A stretch of 64,000 nt of DNA from Podarcis vaucheri (Eukaryota). A program made the position numbers and the translations under genes. The notes under the pieces are model-generated. The model did not search any database and was not told the origin of the DNA. It worked only from the letters and a program-made list of their open reading frames with translations. The DNA lies in NCBI GenBank assembly GCA_965113315.1, contig OZ220367.1. One strand, written 5' to 3'. Positions 1 to 12,928 of this stretch are shown here, piece after piece (within the stretch, counting starts at the first letter, position 1; every line of letters begins with the position of its first letter).

Positions 1-205
1 GAAGATGACTATATGTAAACAAACTTCTCTCTCCCGATAAACTGCGACCTTGCCTTTCTTTCATCTGACTCTCGGCATGGGGACCAAGCTGTCCCCAGAC
101 TGCTGCTGCTGAGAGGTTAAAAGGGTTGAATACAGAAATCCCTTGGGTGATAAAAAAACTGTTTACAAATGTATTAAACATAAAAGGAAACAGATAGTAA
201 CATTT

Positions 206-211
206 TTTATT
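206..211 (-). terminator. Polyadenylation signal AATAAA (distal); a second AATAAA at 424-429
   Basis: The minus strand reads atttAATAAAaaatgttactatctgtttccttttatgttt...gtttttttt, i.e. a downstream U-rich element follows. Confidence 0.7.
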
Positions 212-2056
212 AAATATTACAGTGGATCAAAAAGTACAAAATATCTTTGCTTGCTATGTGATTGGGAAACTATTGGCACATAATACAGTATCAAAAGCAT
301 TAATACATACAATTTGGAAAACATACAAAAATTGAGTGTTTATAGTTGGCTCAGCTTTTTTTTCTTTCTTTCTTTCTGGTAGTGTTTAAACTTACTTAAT
401 TTGAAAGGTTACTCAGTAACCCTTTTATTCTTTTAAAAAATGGGAAAACTATATAATATTACTGGGCCATTTTTTTTCTATATACAAATAATCACCTTAC
501 AGAGCATATAAGCTACAATAACTTGAATCACAAGAATGTATACACTATTTACAACAAAAGAACGCTCAAAACAAAGTATAAACAGCTAGTAGATTATGCT
601 GCCTTTGTTAGACCATATTTAAAACTATGGGAGGGGAGGAATACATGTAAAATATCAAATACATTTACAGCTAACACCGGTTAAGTGCTCAATAATGATA
701 GTTTCAATACTGCAGACCTCATTATCAGTGAAATATTTTCCCACTATAAGCATTACGAATTGTGAAATGGGGCCAGGCTTGACTACGCTCATTGCTGTAC
801 AATCGGATCACATGGAATAACGAGTGAGTAGAAGCCAACCTCTCCCTTTAAAGGCACACACCACACAACCTATTTCTGTGGCCATCTACTGGCTTCTGTG
901 AGCCACACAACAGATAGGACAGAGCTTGAACATATGGGGACTAGTCAAGAAAACAGTGAGACAGAAGTGACTTTGGCTCTGTTTAACTCTTGCACGGCTG
1001 CTGCCTCTCTGGTTGCTCCTGTGCCACCCCCAGTTAGGGCTGCTTACACATTTAGGCATCACCCGAGAGACATTTCCCTGAGTGGCGGAGGAACAACTAC
1101 ACTATCACACCATTCCAGCTAACGTGTAAAATGGGGCCAAAATTACTCTCAGCTTTTCTTGATGCAGAAGTTACCTGGAGTGGAAGAACCATGGAAACAG
1201 TAACAATCCCATTACTCCAGGTACTATATTAAACAGGGCTCAAGTCACAGGTTTCATTGGCTTGCGGCCTGCATGCTTAAGGATTCATGGAGCAGTTCAA
1301 TAAGCCAGGAACACTTCTTAGCTTTATGTTGGGCTTCAGATGGAATTGGGAAACTCTTCTGATTACTAAAGTGAGAATCCGGTTGCAAAAGGCCTCACAC
1401 AACACAAACCCCTCCCCATGTCAATGGCTTCTAAAAAGACAATTCTATCAAGGGGAGGGAAAGGCTTTCTTTGTCTTTAATCTCATCAACCTTCAGAATC
1501 TTTAATGAATCCTGAACAGAGCGAGTTGGAATGGCAACATTTCTTGGGACCAACTCATGGTAAATATATTTATCACTCTGTTGCCAATTAAACTGTTTTC
1601 TTTACCAATCTACCAATAACAAAAAAACTTGTGCAATTTCATTCAATAAGGCCCCTTGAACTCAAACAAAGCAAACAAAGCCCCATTTAAGTCACAGAAA
1701 GTAGTCTTCTGCCAGTGGAAAATGCAATACTTAATAGAAATCATGGATTTTTAAAAAAGCATTCTTAGGCAACCCACCCCACCAATGGTATGAGCTATGT
1801 CCTCATTGCTCTTCATTTACCCTCATCTTGGCCAATGCATCATGAGCTTTCTAAAAATAAGCCAATCTTCCTATTGAAAAAAGCAAGAGGAACACACACA
1901 AAAGGGGGGGGGGATCAATTAACCCTGCACTGTGATCTGTCCGAACAACTTTCGAAACGATGCATGAAACTGAAATTGGAGACTTACAAAATAAGCACAC
2001 GAGGTTAAGATTTAACAGTATGGTTACCAAATCAAACTTTCAAAAACGAGTCATCC

Positions 2057-2364
2057 TAGGGTTGTGGGATTTGGAATAAATGGACAGTCAAGTACCCTCA
2101 TATGCACGCATAGCTCCTGTGCAGGAGGGCAGCCCCATTCCTTTCAAGAGGGTGGGGTGCTAAGTATGTGCCAGAGGATTTGTGCACAGTGCGACCCTCT
2201 CTACTGGAGGGAAAGGGGTAGGATAGGGGCGTACCACTGTAAGCAATGTGGAGCTACCTCTGCATGCAGTAAATGACTTGCTAAGGGTGTGCTGTTCCAA
2301 AACGCGGGACAATCCTTTTAAAACAAGGGACATCCCTTACTGTAAGGGGGATCAGGCAACCCTA
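2057..2364. mobile_element. Degraded hAT (Blackjack-like) non-autonomous element inside the 3' UTR
   Basis: Termini TAGGGTTG...GGCAACCCTA with subterminal gggaca motifs. No recognisable TSD. Confidence 0.45.
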
Positions 2365-5300
2365 CATGCAGATTATCCCAAACAAATCAGAGATGCATTA
2401 CATCCTGGATTACCAAACCAGGCACATAATTCTAACAGTCATTGCAGGCTTATACAACCCTGCCAACTTCCCTTCCCCCTCCCCACCTTGATTATTATAT
2501 TAGTCAGGTTTAGTGCAATTTTTTTGTATACTAATAATGCCCTCTATGGCATCTGATCAACTTAGAATGTGATTGTTGTTGTTTTTCGAATGCTCCGAGC
2601 ACAGCAGGAAAAAGAAAAGCAAACGTCGGCGTTGGCACATTTATCTTCTAAAGTCTACTAGCCTGCTTATGCATCATCAGTTCATATAATTTTACCACAA
2701 GAACATAAAAGCGTTAAATTGAAGATAACATCGATCTTTAACAGTAGATGTGTATTATTTTGTTTTGTTTTTCCACCATTGTATATTAAATAGGTTACAT
2801 TATATATTGCAGTTGGCTTCATATCACAGGAAATTTCAATATAGGATGTTTGGCATGCATGCACGATGTTGCTTAAGTAGTTTCCACTAGTTTCCAGTAG
2901 TTTTGATTATTACTGTATTTGAATTGCAATCTGGGATGGGTTCAGCTCACAACCGATTTTCACATTGTAAAATGCCTCAAAAAGTTCAGCCTCTCTGGGT
3001 GGCTGTCCATACTTCCAGACCCAGCACAGAAAGGTTCCTCCAAATAAATCCACATCGTTGTAGGTTGATTTTCCCCATGGACAAAACCCAAACCCACCAG
3101 CTTCACTTACGGACTTGTCACTCTTCAAATTACGCCTTGTGACTGGGGTGTGGGGCTGCATTTTAGCCTCATGGGGAGGACCTGCCCCACCACCAACTCA
3201 AGCTGATCGCTGTTGAGCCAAGTGCTCAGTGGGCTGCCGTGACCAGGCTGTGTGGCCAGCGATGATGCCAGAGAGGTATGGGGCAGCCTCAACAGATTTG
3301 GCTGCCTTTGATGCTTCCTGAATGGGAGGTGGAAACTCAGCAAATCCATGAGAGACACTGGAACCAAAACGAGTGGACGCTGGCATTGTTTCTTGGATTT
3401 GAACAAAGCCAGCTTCACGGCAGCACCTGACATTTCCTCCCTCTCTGGTGGGAAACATCACTTGTGCTGGTACACGGTGTCAGAGAGGAATATGAGATGG
3501 GGGCAGAGCACACAGTCCTTGGGGCTTCCTACCTTAGCACCAGCTTTCAAGTGTTCTGATCACACACATTGGGCGCTTGCTCTCTACACCAAGGTTCTGT
3601 CCCTGCGTGAACAGCAATGGAAGCTTCAGCAAAGGCCTCCTAGAAAGCCCTCAGCTGCTCACTCAAAGCCGCTGACAAAGGGCTCTTCGAACGCCTTTCC
3701 CTCCCAAGAGGAACAGCAATACAGGCTGAATGAAATCTTCCGTTTTGCACCTCAGGTGCTTGTGCACAAGCCAAGGCCGAAGCAAATGAGAGTGAGCAGC
3801 CAGCTGCAGTCTATAAGGGTAGGACTCTTACTCTTGCTGTTCCCATGGGTGTGTAAGGGGTGTGTGCATGCACTAAAAGGGCCCTTGACTGCTCCTCTAA
3901 GGCCTCCAAGCTTGCACAGTAGCAAGTCAGTGGGTGGAGCCATGCCTGACAGCTCTTCGAGCCTTTCCTCACATCAAAATATATCCCCTTTTATACTTCA
4001 GCTGCTGCCCTTTGTGCTGCAGTCCTGACCCTGCAATGATCTGAGCACCCTAGCCCATTCCAGCAAAATATCTCAAGGCAATTTTTAGCTTTCAGCAGGA
4101 AGACTCTCATGAGAGTCAACAGGGTACTCTGGCTCAGGCTTCAGAAATGCCACTGGCATGGAACTTTTGTTCAATAGGACCAGAGAGTCAAAGTCAAGTA
4201 AAACCGGGCTTAAGTGGTTTGTAGATTAAGCTGCCATTTTTGTTTTGAGTCCAAGCCACATGGTCAGAATACTTTGCTGGAAGAAGGTGGGATGTTCAGC
4301 ACTTTGTAGGAGGACTCCACCAAGCAAGAGTTCAACCAGTTCATAGTCCAAAGGTGACCCTCAAAAGACTGACTTCCAGATTTGGAACGGCTTCTTGTTA
4401 TTATCTTTCTCAGAACGTTTATACGTTCTCACCCATCTCACTTCAGCAGCACAGAATCCAGACCCTCTTTAACTAAAATGCTTCACCTTATTTCTCTCCT
4501 AACGGCTGAAATTCTTGAAATAGCTTAACAGCCCACAATAAAGGTTCTTTAGAACTCCAATGTTATTGAGTAACTTGTTGCCAGCACAGTCTCCTAAGCA
4601 TGTTTCCTTTCTGGTATGCAGGACAGTTTCACAGCCTAGATAAGGTTAAGTACAATTCTTAACAAATTCACAGACCATGATACAGGAAAACCAGATCCCA
4701 GTGGCCAGTAAAACAGCAAAGTATGAACCATTAGAGAACCATTTTGATGGGTGAGGGGAACGCTCAGCACCTTTGAAGGATCTAGTCGCTTGAGAAGGAA
4801 CTGATGTTTGGACTCAGCTGCAATTGTGTGATCTACAGTATGCTTCTCTCTCCATTGGAAAGGTTCATTGAAAATGGATGCTTTTGTTTTGTAAACAATG
4901 ACATTACCACCCAAAAAGCTGCTCTAAAAACATAAGCAGAAAGGGGGAAAGGAAGGGGAAAAATATAAACCCATTTAAAAAAGAAGCCCTCAATAACCAG
5001 CGCCTTTTTTTCTTTTACCAAAAAGAGGTTGCAAATGAAAAGAGACTGTTCTTTTAAATTAAACAGAGCACAGGATAAGTTGAAAATAACTTGCATAAAT
5101 TATACAAATGAACTTGACGCTGGAGATTCTTTTGTGTTGTTTCTGAAGCAGATATGTAAAGTCTAATTGGACAGTGTTTACTTTTCCTGTTTTGATAGTG
5201 TTAAGATGAAATGCTATGAAGTTTCTGCTATACATTGCATTGATTTGAAATCTGAAAAGTCAGAAAACAAAATGGTACCCAAAGAAGCAATATCCGTAGA

Positions 5301-5740
5301 TCATTCGCTTGTTCCACTTTCTCTCTCATCAGACCTGCCTCTTTTTCTACTTGAAATGCTCCAAAACCCACTCTTTTTTAAGGGGGGGGGACACAAACAA
5401 ACAAACACCTTTTTTCTCCTCCAAGATAAAGGGGGTGGAGCCTAATGTTCCCCCTGCTCTTCTCTGACACTTGTTTTCCGCATGATACAGATACTTTTGC
5501 GAACCTTCTTTGCAATGTGAAATGACCACGGAGGAGTAGATGCAGGAGCCCAAAGTAAAAAAACAAAGCCCAGGCGAATCGACTGTCTTGCTTGACCCTC
5601 GATCAACTCTGAAGCCTTCAGCAATGAGGGACAAAACTGCTTATTGGTTAACACAAATAATCGGCTTTTTGTTTAAATTTTGCAAGACATCACAGGCTAA
5701 AAGGAATGTAGTTGTTTGTTGTTGTTTTCCAAGGGAGGAT

Positions 5741-7882
5741 TTACAGTTTTGTGCTCGGATGTACAGAAGACAACTGAGAAGGCGGGAAAGCAGCCTGAGG
5801 ATTGATAGCAGCCAAAGGATAAATGTTGTTGTGCAAAAGGTCGCCATATGAACTTCCTACAGGTGTGGCTGCAGCTAAGTGTCTGTAGAGCTGCTGTGAG
5901 TTTCCAGGGGACGTAAGGAACTGTCTTTGCACCATGAACGAGTGGAGAGCCAAAGGCTGCATTAGCGGAGAAAGCACTGCCTGATTTTTCAAGTATTGTA
6001 GAGGATGAGAATACCCAGCTGGGATGCGGTTGCTCAGGCTGCTGCACAATGTCCCTGGGTACAAGCCTGTGAAGATGGGGCTGGAGAGGGGAAACTTGTG
6101 GCCCTCCAGCATGCCGCCGGGAGGGAGGACGTGTGCTGATTTGCTGCCCTCGGCCTCTTGCTCGAGACCCTTGTCTTTTGCAGGGGCTTCCTTTGGTAAG
6201 CGCAGGGGCGAGACGGCTCGGATCTTCTTTTCCGAAATGGCTTTGTCCAAATCCTTCAGGCTGCGCTTCAGAGGCCGAGCTGCCCCAATGGTTTGAGCAT
6301 TGGTTTTGTGGCTTAGGATGGGGTGGACCATGCCCTCCATCTTCCTTGGGGTCTGCTGTTTGTTGGTCCTGAGAAGAGGCTCGCCGTGTTTCTTGGGGGC
6401 CGACACCGTCATTGGAGAAACACGACAAGCTTTGGGGTTGCAGTCTATGCTCAGAGGCTGGCTGCTCAAGGCTTGGAACTGGGATATGCTTTTGCTCTCC
6501 ACCGAAGCATGCAAGAGGGAAGATGACCCCAGAGCTTTTGCAGTCTGTTTGGGAGTACTTTTAGGAAGACTCAGATCTGTCGGCTGATCATCAGAAGAGG
6601 CTTCCATGGGGCTCTTTTTCTCCGGCTGATGTAGAGGCGGGTGATAGCTTAAGCTTCGCTTGTCTTGGTGCTTGTGTTGAGGGAACATGGAAAGGGCTTC
6701 CGTATCTCTATACATGTCTCGGTGGAGGTACTTTGACGTCTGTTCATTATTAAGGTGGTGTTCGGTGTGCCTGTAAAGGCTGTGCAGGTGAGGAGATGAG
6801 TAAAAGTCTGCCAAGAAAGCAGGCATGTGGGAGTGGTGCAGCGCCCTTTTTTCATTCATTCTATCTTTCATGTCCTGGATTTCCGACTTTAGTGCATAGG
6901 ATTCGGCCAGAGCACTCAGGTGTTGTTTGGTGAAATCGCAACATTCAGAATCAGTTTTCTTGAGTAGCAGTTCGTGCCTGTAGGCTTCACTAGCAGACTT
7001 CCTCTCGTCCGAGTTCTTGGGTTTGAAACTCTGTACGTGTTGGATCACAGATGGCCTGCTGAGTGCCGCAGCATCCATCCCAGAGGCATGGGAAGCCTGT
7101 GGCATGCTTGACAACAGGTCCTCTTTGCTGCTTAATTTCTTCTTGCTGATCAAAGGTGGTGGTGAGCCGTAAGGGTAGCTGCAGGAGAGGGTTGCCCCAC
7201 TGACTTGTGACAAGAGCTTCTTCTTTGCCAGAGGTGACATGATGCCCGGGTTGCCTTTGGAGTAGAGCAGTGGTGTGCAGCTGAAACCAGGCTCACCATT
7301 AAGGGAACTTGGCACTTCTTTCTCTTTGAACATGTCAAAATTCTGTACTACAAGGACTTTGGGACTCTGTTTCAGTGCATTGTGTATGTCCTCATTTCCT
7401 AACTGATCCACTTTAACCGTGCAGTTGGCAATGTAGTCCGCCATCTCTGGGAGTTTGTCATCTTCCATCTCACTTTGACTTGGAAGTGGGAGTTGGATAG
7501 TGGGGAAGTTATTAAATGGAATTTCTTGGGCACTACTTTCTAGGTCGTCTGTGAGACAGTGAACTCTTTGTTCCTGCTTTGGCTCATCTGGATCCTCTGC
7601 CAGACTGGGGATTTTCCTGACTGTGGAATTCAAGACCTCATCTTCTTCTGGGGACACCAAAGCACTTGAGACAGAATCTTTGCATGACATCTCCTCCTTG
7701 ACTTCCTCACTGTTTGAGCTGACCTCTTCAAAGTCTGTCTTTTCCAATGATGGCATCCCAGTTACATCTAGTGGAGAAACCTGGGACTCTTCTACAGGCA
7801 GCTTCATCTCCTCTGCGACAGTTAGCTCAGATGAGCTCTTCTGGTCTGGACATTCTTGAACTTTCTCTTGTTCCGATGATGC
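5741..7882 (-). CDS. ARID5B: ARID5B terminal coding exon (human exon 10 equivalent), 713 aa + TAA
   Basis: The acceptor ttttattag|GCA TCA TCG GAA CAA is in frame with ORF 5741..7807. The translation matches recalled human ARID5B motifs (MADYIANCTVKVDQLG, GNPGIMSPLAKKKLLSQVSG, DDQPTDLSLPK, C-terminus SSVHPSTKL). Confidence 0.97.
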   Translation of the reverse strand, partial: ASSEQEKVQECPDQKSSSELTVAEEMKLPVEESQVSPLDVTGMPSLEKTDFEEVSSNSEEVKEEMSCKDSVSSALVSPEEDEVLNSTVRKIPSLAEDPDEPKQEQRVHCLTDDLESSAQEIPFNNFPTIQLPLPSQSEMEDDKLPEMADYIANCTVKVDQLGNEDIHNALKQSPKVLVVQNFDMFKEKEVPSSLNGEPGFSCTPLLYSKGNPGIMSPLAKKKLLSQVSGATLSCSYPYGSPPPLISKKKLSSKEDLLSSMPQASHASGMDAAALSRPSVIQHVQSFKPKNSDERKSASEAYRHELLLKKTDSECCDFTKQHLSALAESYALKSEIQDMKDRMNEKRALHHSHMPAFLADFYSSPHLHSLYRHTEHHLNNEQTSKYLHRDMYRDTEALSMFPQHKHQDKRSLSYHPPLHQPEKKSPMEASSDDQPTDLSLPKSTPKQTAKALGSSSLLHASVESKSISQFQALSSQPLSIDCNPKACRVSPMTVSAPKKHGEPLLRTNKQQTPRKMEGMVHPILSHKTNAQTIGAARPLKRSLKDLDKAISEKKIRAVSPLRLPKEAPAKDKGLEQEAEGSKSAHVLPPGGMLEGHKFPLSSPIFTGLYPGTLCSSLSNRIPAGYSHPLQYLKNQAVLSPLMQPLALHSFMVQRQFLTSPGNSQQLYRHLAAATPVGSSYGDLLHNNIYPLAAINPQAAFPPSQLSSVHPSTKL

Positions 7883-10253
7883 CTAATAAAACATTTTAAT
7901 GGAGAAGTGTAAGAAAGCACTGTAGCATGAAAGGCATAAAATTCTCAACCAAGACATAGTGGCATCTCTCGGAAACAAACTTGTCCATCATGTTGAGCAC
8001 CAAACGCTTTAATAGCCACTATCACATTTCAACACAGACATCTACTCTGGAAGTATTGTAAACATAAAAGTATAATTACAAATGTCTTAATAAGTCATAG
8101 GCAATTCTTTGTTTTATTTTGTTACCAGGCAGCATAAAATAGGCTCCACTGATATGCTGACCAGGCAGCGTTTATGCTGAGGCCATTTTTTTAGTTAAGA
8201 GGACCACCGCTGTGTTGACAATGGCATTTAGAAAGATCTAAGATTTGTTTTCCATATTTAAAACACGCACTCCCAAGCATGCTTGACTTGACTTTTATTT
8301 ATTATTTATTAAAAAGTATTTCTAAGCTACTTAGGATTTTAAAATGGTGCATGCACAAAGTATAAACCAACATGAACACTGTAAAACAACATCATAAAAA
8401 CAGAGATAACAAATAGATCTCTCTTATTTTAGACCTGATCTCTTGGCACTACTAAAACCAGTGCTTACCAAATGAATCCCCCCCCCCTATTAAAATATAT
8501 AAAATGAAGTCTGTGGGTGGGCGGGAAGCAAAGCTTCGCTGACGCGTTCTGAAACAATTGGCGTTGTGGCTCATTCGGGCTTCTTTTATTTAGAGATTAG
8601 AATAAAGTTGTCAACATGCAGAAAGAGCATTTTTGCCCTCTTCCAGATATAGCTTTCCTGAGTTATAGCCAATGAGGCTCCATCTCTTTATGCTCCTTCA
8701 TTAATAAAGCTTGTGCACTCAGTTCTCCCTATTCATTCCATTATGTAGACGAATGAACTGTGACCTTGAAGGTCATTAGAGTGCTCCATCTGTGATACAG
8801 CTGACTGACAACCCTTTTCAAAATTACTGTCATTCTCTTGCGGCATGCCTCTTAGTAGAAGGCAGTCATAAAGCAGCGACGTTGTCTGAGCTCTTCTATT
8901 ATTATTGTTAACACCCCCCACCCCACCCGCTTCTCTCTTTCTCAGCTGTAAAGAGGAGGCATTGGGAAAGTTATTATCTAAATGCTGTATTAAAGGGCGT
9001 CATGTGAGAGATGGATGCAAGGCAGCCAATGCATCACAATCTTCTCCAAGATTTACGTCTTTGCAGCTGCTTTTAAATTTTCCTATGTGTTGGGTTTTTC
9101 TATTTCCTATTAGTTAAAGTATCCGTTACTCATTGTGACTGCTTCCATAATTTTTTCCGCAAAGAAACTCAAAGTAAAAGATGCCTTTTGCAGTCCAAAT
9201 ATCATCATTAGCCCTTTTGCGAAAATTCTAACATTGGCCTCCAGAGCTTATACAATTACAGGAAAATACCAGACAGATGAGCAAAGCAGACGGAGAAAAA
9301 CTGATAGTTAATAACTGGATCTTTCTCTCTCTCCCTGGTTGGGCAACACTTTGATAGGAGCTTGCAGTTGTGCTAGAGCAGCATGTACGAGAGGAATAAT
9401 AATATTTCATCTTGTACTCAGTTACAGCCATCGTAACAAAACAGTCAAATGTAATGCTAAACTGAGCTGTAACCAATTAACAGCGTGCTCACACAAACAG
9501 TTATGAGTCATTACAAGATAGCTTTCTCCCTCATTGTTCACACTGAAAAACATTTCTTGAAAAATATTTGAAAGTGCATATTTCTCAGGATGTGTCAAGT
9601 TAAAAATCTTACCACTTGGAGTACTTTTACAGGATTATTTTAAATGGGAACTATTCACATATTTGCAGAAACATGAAGCCTGAAGGCAGATCATAATCAA
9701 GAGAGATGTATGGTTATTATTTCAACATGCACAGTGGGTTCTTTTGACTGTTTTCAGCCTAATAAAAACTTCACGCACAGCACTGAAAACTGATTTCAAA
9801 ACCTAGGGCAGTTAAGATGGATAAGTTACCATTTCATGGATTGATGGGCCGGGGCATGGCATTTTGGGTTACTTGAAATGACTGGTGGCCACTGTGGATG
9901 GGGGCTCAGCTTACATTTGCCACCTCTGAAAACCACCTGAGGAGGGCATTGCAGGGAAGCTGCTTCATGGCAGTGTGGCTGGTGAGAGGCCCTTCAGCCA
10001 GTCCACAACCTGGTTGGTTACTGGTGCCAGGCCTGGGATTGCCGACAGCTAAGTTTTAAAACAGCCTTAGCGATTCAGGCTTTCACAAGACACAAAAGCT
10101 ATTACTACGTACAGGTAGTCCAGCTTCCTGGTAAACTGGAATGCTGAAGCTGGTTAGATAGGGCAGAGCTGCAGGATGTTGGATGTATGCATCACAAATT
10201 CACACAAACACACACAAATGGTAGGACTGCAATGATCAGCAAGTAGCTTAGAT

Positions 10254-10517
10254 CAGGCATGTCCAATTCCCAAGAGACTGATCTACTCCCAGTATAAAAA
10301 AAACTGGCAGTGATCTACCCATTGTCACTGGAGGGAAAGGAGCATCCGTGGGGTGGGTGGATTGCCCAGAGTTGTTGAGCGCTTTTTGGGAGGACGATTG
10401 CACAGAGTTTTTTAGCTTTTCCCCTGTGACTTTTTGTGCACGATAAGGATCCTGCGATCTACCAGGATCAGCCAGGGATCTACCAGTATATCACAATGTA
10501 CTGGTTGGACACCCCTG
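10254..10517. mobile_element. hAT-type MITE
   Basis: TIR caggcatgtccaa / ttggacacccctg. Imperfect 8-bp TSD gcttagat / gtttagac. Confidence 0.75.
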
Positions 10518-11045
10518 GTTTAGACGAAGTGGCCAAAAATGTGTCCCTGGTTAATCAGGAAAGGCAGTTTTTATTACGCTAATAATTAATTGAATTTTCA
10601 TAAATTTGTTATGTTTCTGAAGAAACATAGAATACTCTCCTTCCCCTTAGATGATACATGCATGTTTGTATGCAGCAGGGCATCATCTTATAAGAGGCAT
10701 TCCATATGAGTGAGAAGGGGGGATTGTTTCTTCCGAGCTGACAGTTTGTTCAACTAGTTGATTAAGATTTCTTTAATAAGGTGATCGCCTAAAGAACTCG
10801 TTGTTTGAGTAGAGCCTGGGGCCACTGGTATATTGGGATGTATACTGGGGGGAGGGGTGCAAGGTGGCTGCACTTCAACTTTCTGCATATCATATGGGTG
10901 GAAGGGCTTGAGAAAGATTAAAGTGTGTAGGGGGGAAGGAAGTGGGAACCAGCAAGTGAAAGAGTTGTTTCAAAGTGTCAGTATGATTAATAGGCATCTT
11001 GAGGCCAAAGATTTTCAGAGTGTGCCTATAAGTAGTTGCAACTAA

Positions 11046-11282
11046 GGCCTTGTCCACACTGGAGAAACGTGTGGATTTTCCTGTCTCCCCATTAAGGTAA
11101 AGGGACCCCTGACCATTAGGTCGCGGACCAAATGACGTCCTCCCCATCCCAGCGTTGCCTCTAACATTTCTCCCTTTGAATGCAGGGCTTTTCAAGTCCA
11201 AAATGGCCAAGATGGGGGGAAACCCGCATTTGAAGTGGGGGGAAAGGTGTGATTCCACATTTGCCCCAGTGTGGGTAAGTCC
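11046..11282. mobile_element. PIF/Harbinger-type MITE
   Basis: TIR ggccttgtccacactgg / ccagtgtgggtaagtcc with a TAA target duplication on both sides. Confidence 0.7.
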
Positions 11283-12928
11283 TAAGTCCCCGTGAAAGCA
11301 ATAAGTGGATTGTGACTAACTTAAGTCTCAGGGATTGCCATGAGATTGCTTGCACTTAATTTGTGGGGGTTTTGTGCCCACTCTCTTTAATAACTTTCCG
11401 TATTACCCCAACCAACATTAGCTACAAAACACCTGCAAATGCCACTGCTCCCCTCTCTCTGGGTTACAAATTAGTCGGCTTACCAGCCCCCTGCCCCAAA
11501 TCCCAAAATAATATTGCACCCCACAAACAAATATTTCTTATTTAAAAGATTTGTACCCGCTTTTCCCCACCACAAAGGAGTCGCTCTAAACAGCTTACAA
11601 ATAAACTGCAAACATAAACGCAATGATCCAATTCAGTTCCCCAACCTAAGAGGCACAACAAAAGCGGAATGGTTTTTACATGGTGCTTTCATATGTGAAG
11701 GAAAGAGGAATTATATTTTTCAAACTTATGAAAAATGATTTGCTTAAAAGCCTTCTGAGGTCCCTCATACATTTGTGAGAATTTGATATCAAGAACATCC
11801 AACATTACTGACTGACGGGAGAAAAGAATTACACTGCTATGTTCTTGCAGTCGGAAGCTCACATAATTGCATTTTGTGTTGTGCACTTTCTACTCTCCAT
11901 CTGAGAACTTGACCTGCGACTCACATAAAAAATAACTGCAGTTTAAGTCGCAGGAAATTTGAGATACTAAACAACAAAAGCAAGGAAGTTCAAAGTTTAG
12001 ATTGACACTCCATCGCTGGCTTGTTACGTTGTGCTTAGCTTCTATTGCAGCACATATGGTATGTAACATAACTCGCTGATCCAAACTCCCTGCAATAAAT
12101 AACAAAGCACAAAGGGATGAACAAGGAATGGAATGCTAGACTTAACTTGTATTTCCTTGCTTTTGGCAATTTCTGTTGCAATCTAGCAGTTGCTTAAACA
12201 GAGACTGCATGCCCTCTTTTATGTATATTTTAATAAAGATTGTGCCTTTTCAAAATATGTCTCAGTTTACAATTAATTTTTTTTAAAGGAGCAGGGGTGG
12301 GTGAAGGAAACTCTCCAAAGAAGCTATTGCAAAGACTGTGGTTGTATAAAAAATATATTCTAACCCAGGCTTTGGAGGTCAAGTCCATGGAAATAACAGA
12401 AAAGGAGAACCAATATTAAAGACGCTAAAGAGTTTTGGCCCAAACAGGCCTTCCAAAGTGGCTTTTCTACAAAAAAAAGGACAATGAGCAAGTCTTGCTT
12501 AAAACATAACTCAGTTCCCTCATGATCACCTTCCTTAAAGAAAACTCTAAACAATTTTTATTTTGCCATGTGATTGGTTATGGTAGAAATATCCCTGAGT
12601 AAGGCCTATTTGGGCCAAGATACACCGGACAATAATAAAAAGCGCATTACTCTCAAGCGTCTTTGAGCCTGGTTCTTCTGTGTGGAAGGCATGGGAAGCT
12701 GTAAGACATTACCAGCCACATGGTGCACCCCCCCACACACAACCGCCCATGTACCACATGTACTGACGACCTTTCCAGAGGTGGCATCTCTGTCATCGCT
12801 TCCATGCCCTCCATAATCACACAAGTCATATCACCATCAGTTATACTTCAGTCCTTCTGGGTAAACTAAGGACCTTTCCCCCTACATTATTCTTAACGTT
12901 AAGATGTTTGAAATGAATAAAGTATGTA

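Larger units (their letters stand above)
185..5740 (-). other. ARID5B: ARID5B 3' UTR (~5.5 kb)
   Basis: Runs from the stop codon to an AATAAA followed by U/GU-rich sequence. The distal ~600 nt is very AU-rich. The end position is inferred. Confidence 0.7.

Noticed and set aside
878-895. CTCF-like motif CCAGTAGATGGCC (and a gapped one near 24897)
   Set aside because: A single imperfect match that cannot be told from chance without ChIP data.
898-1140. Faint similarity between this segment and 3395-3470; possible Harbinger remnant at ~1036-1138
   Set aside because: The matches are short and gapped, with no convincing TIR or TSD.
1172-1223. 10-bp inverted repeat tacctggagt/actccaggta as a pre-miRNA
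   Set aside because: The stem is too short and the intervening 32 nt pair poorly.
5697-6428. 243-aa alternative-frame ORF overlapping the ARID5B C-terminus
   Set aside because: It starts at TTG in GC-rich coding sequence where off-frame stops are scarce, and I recognise no homology.
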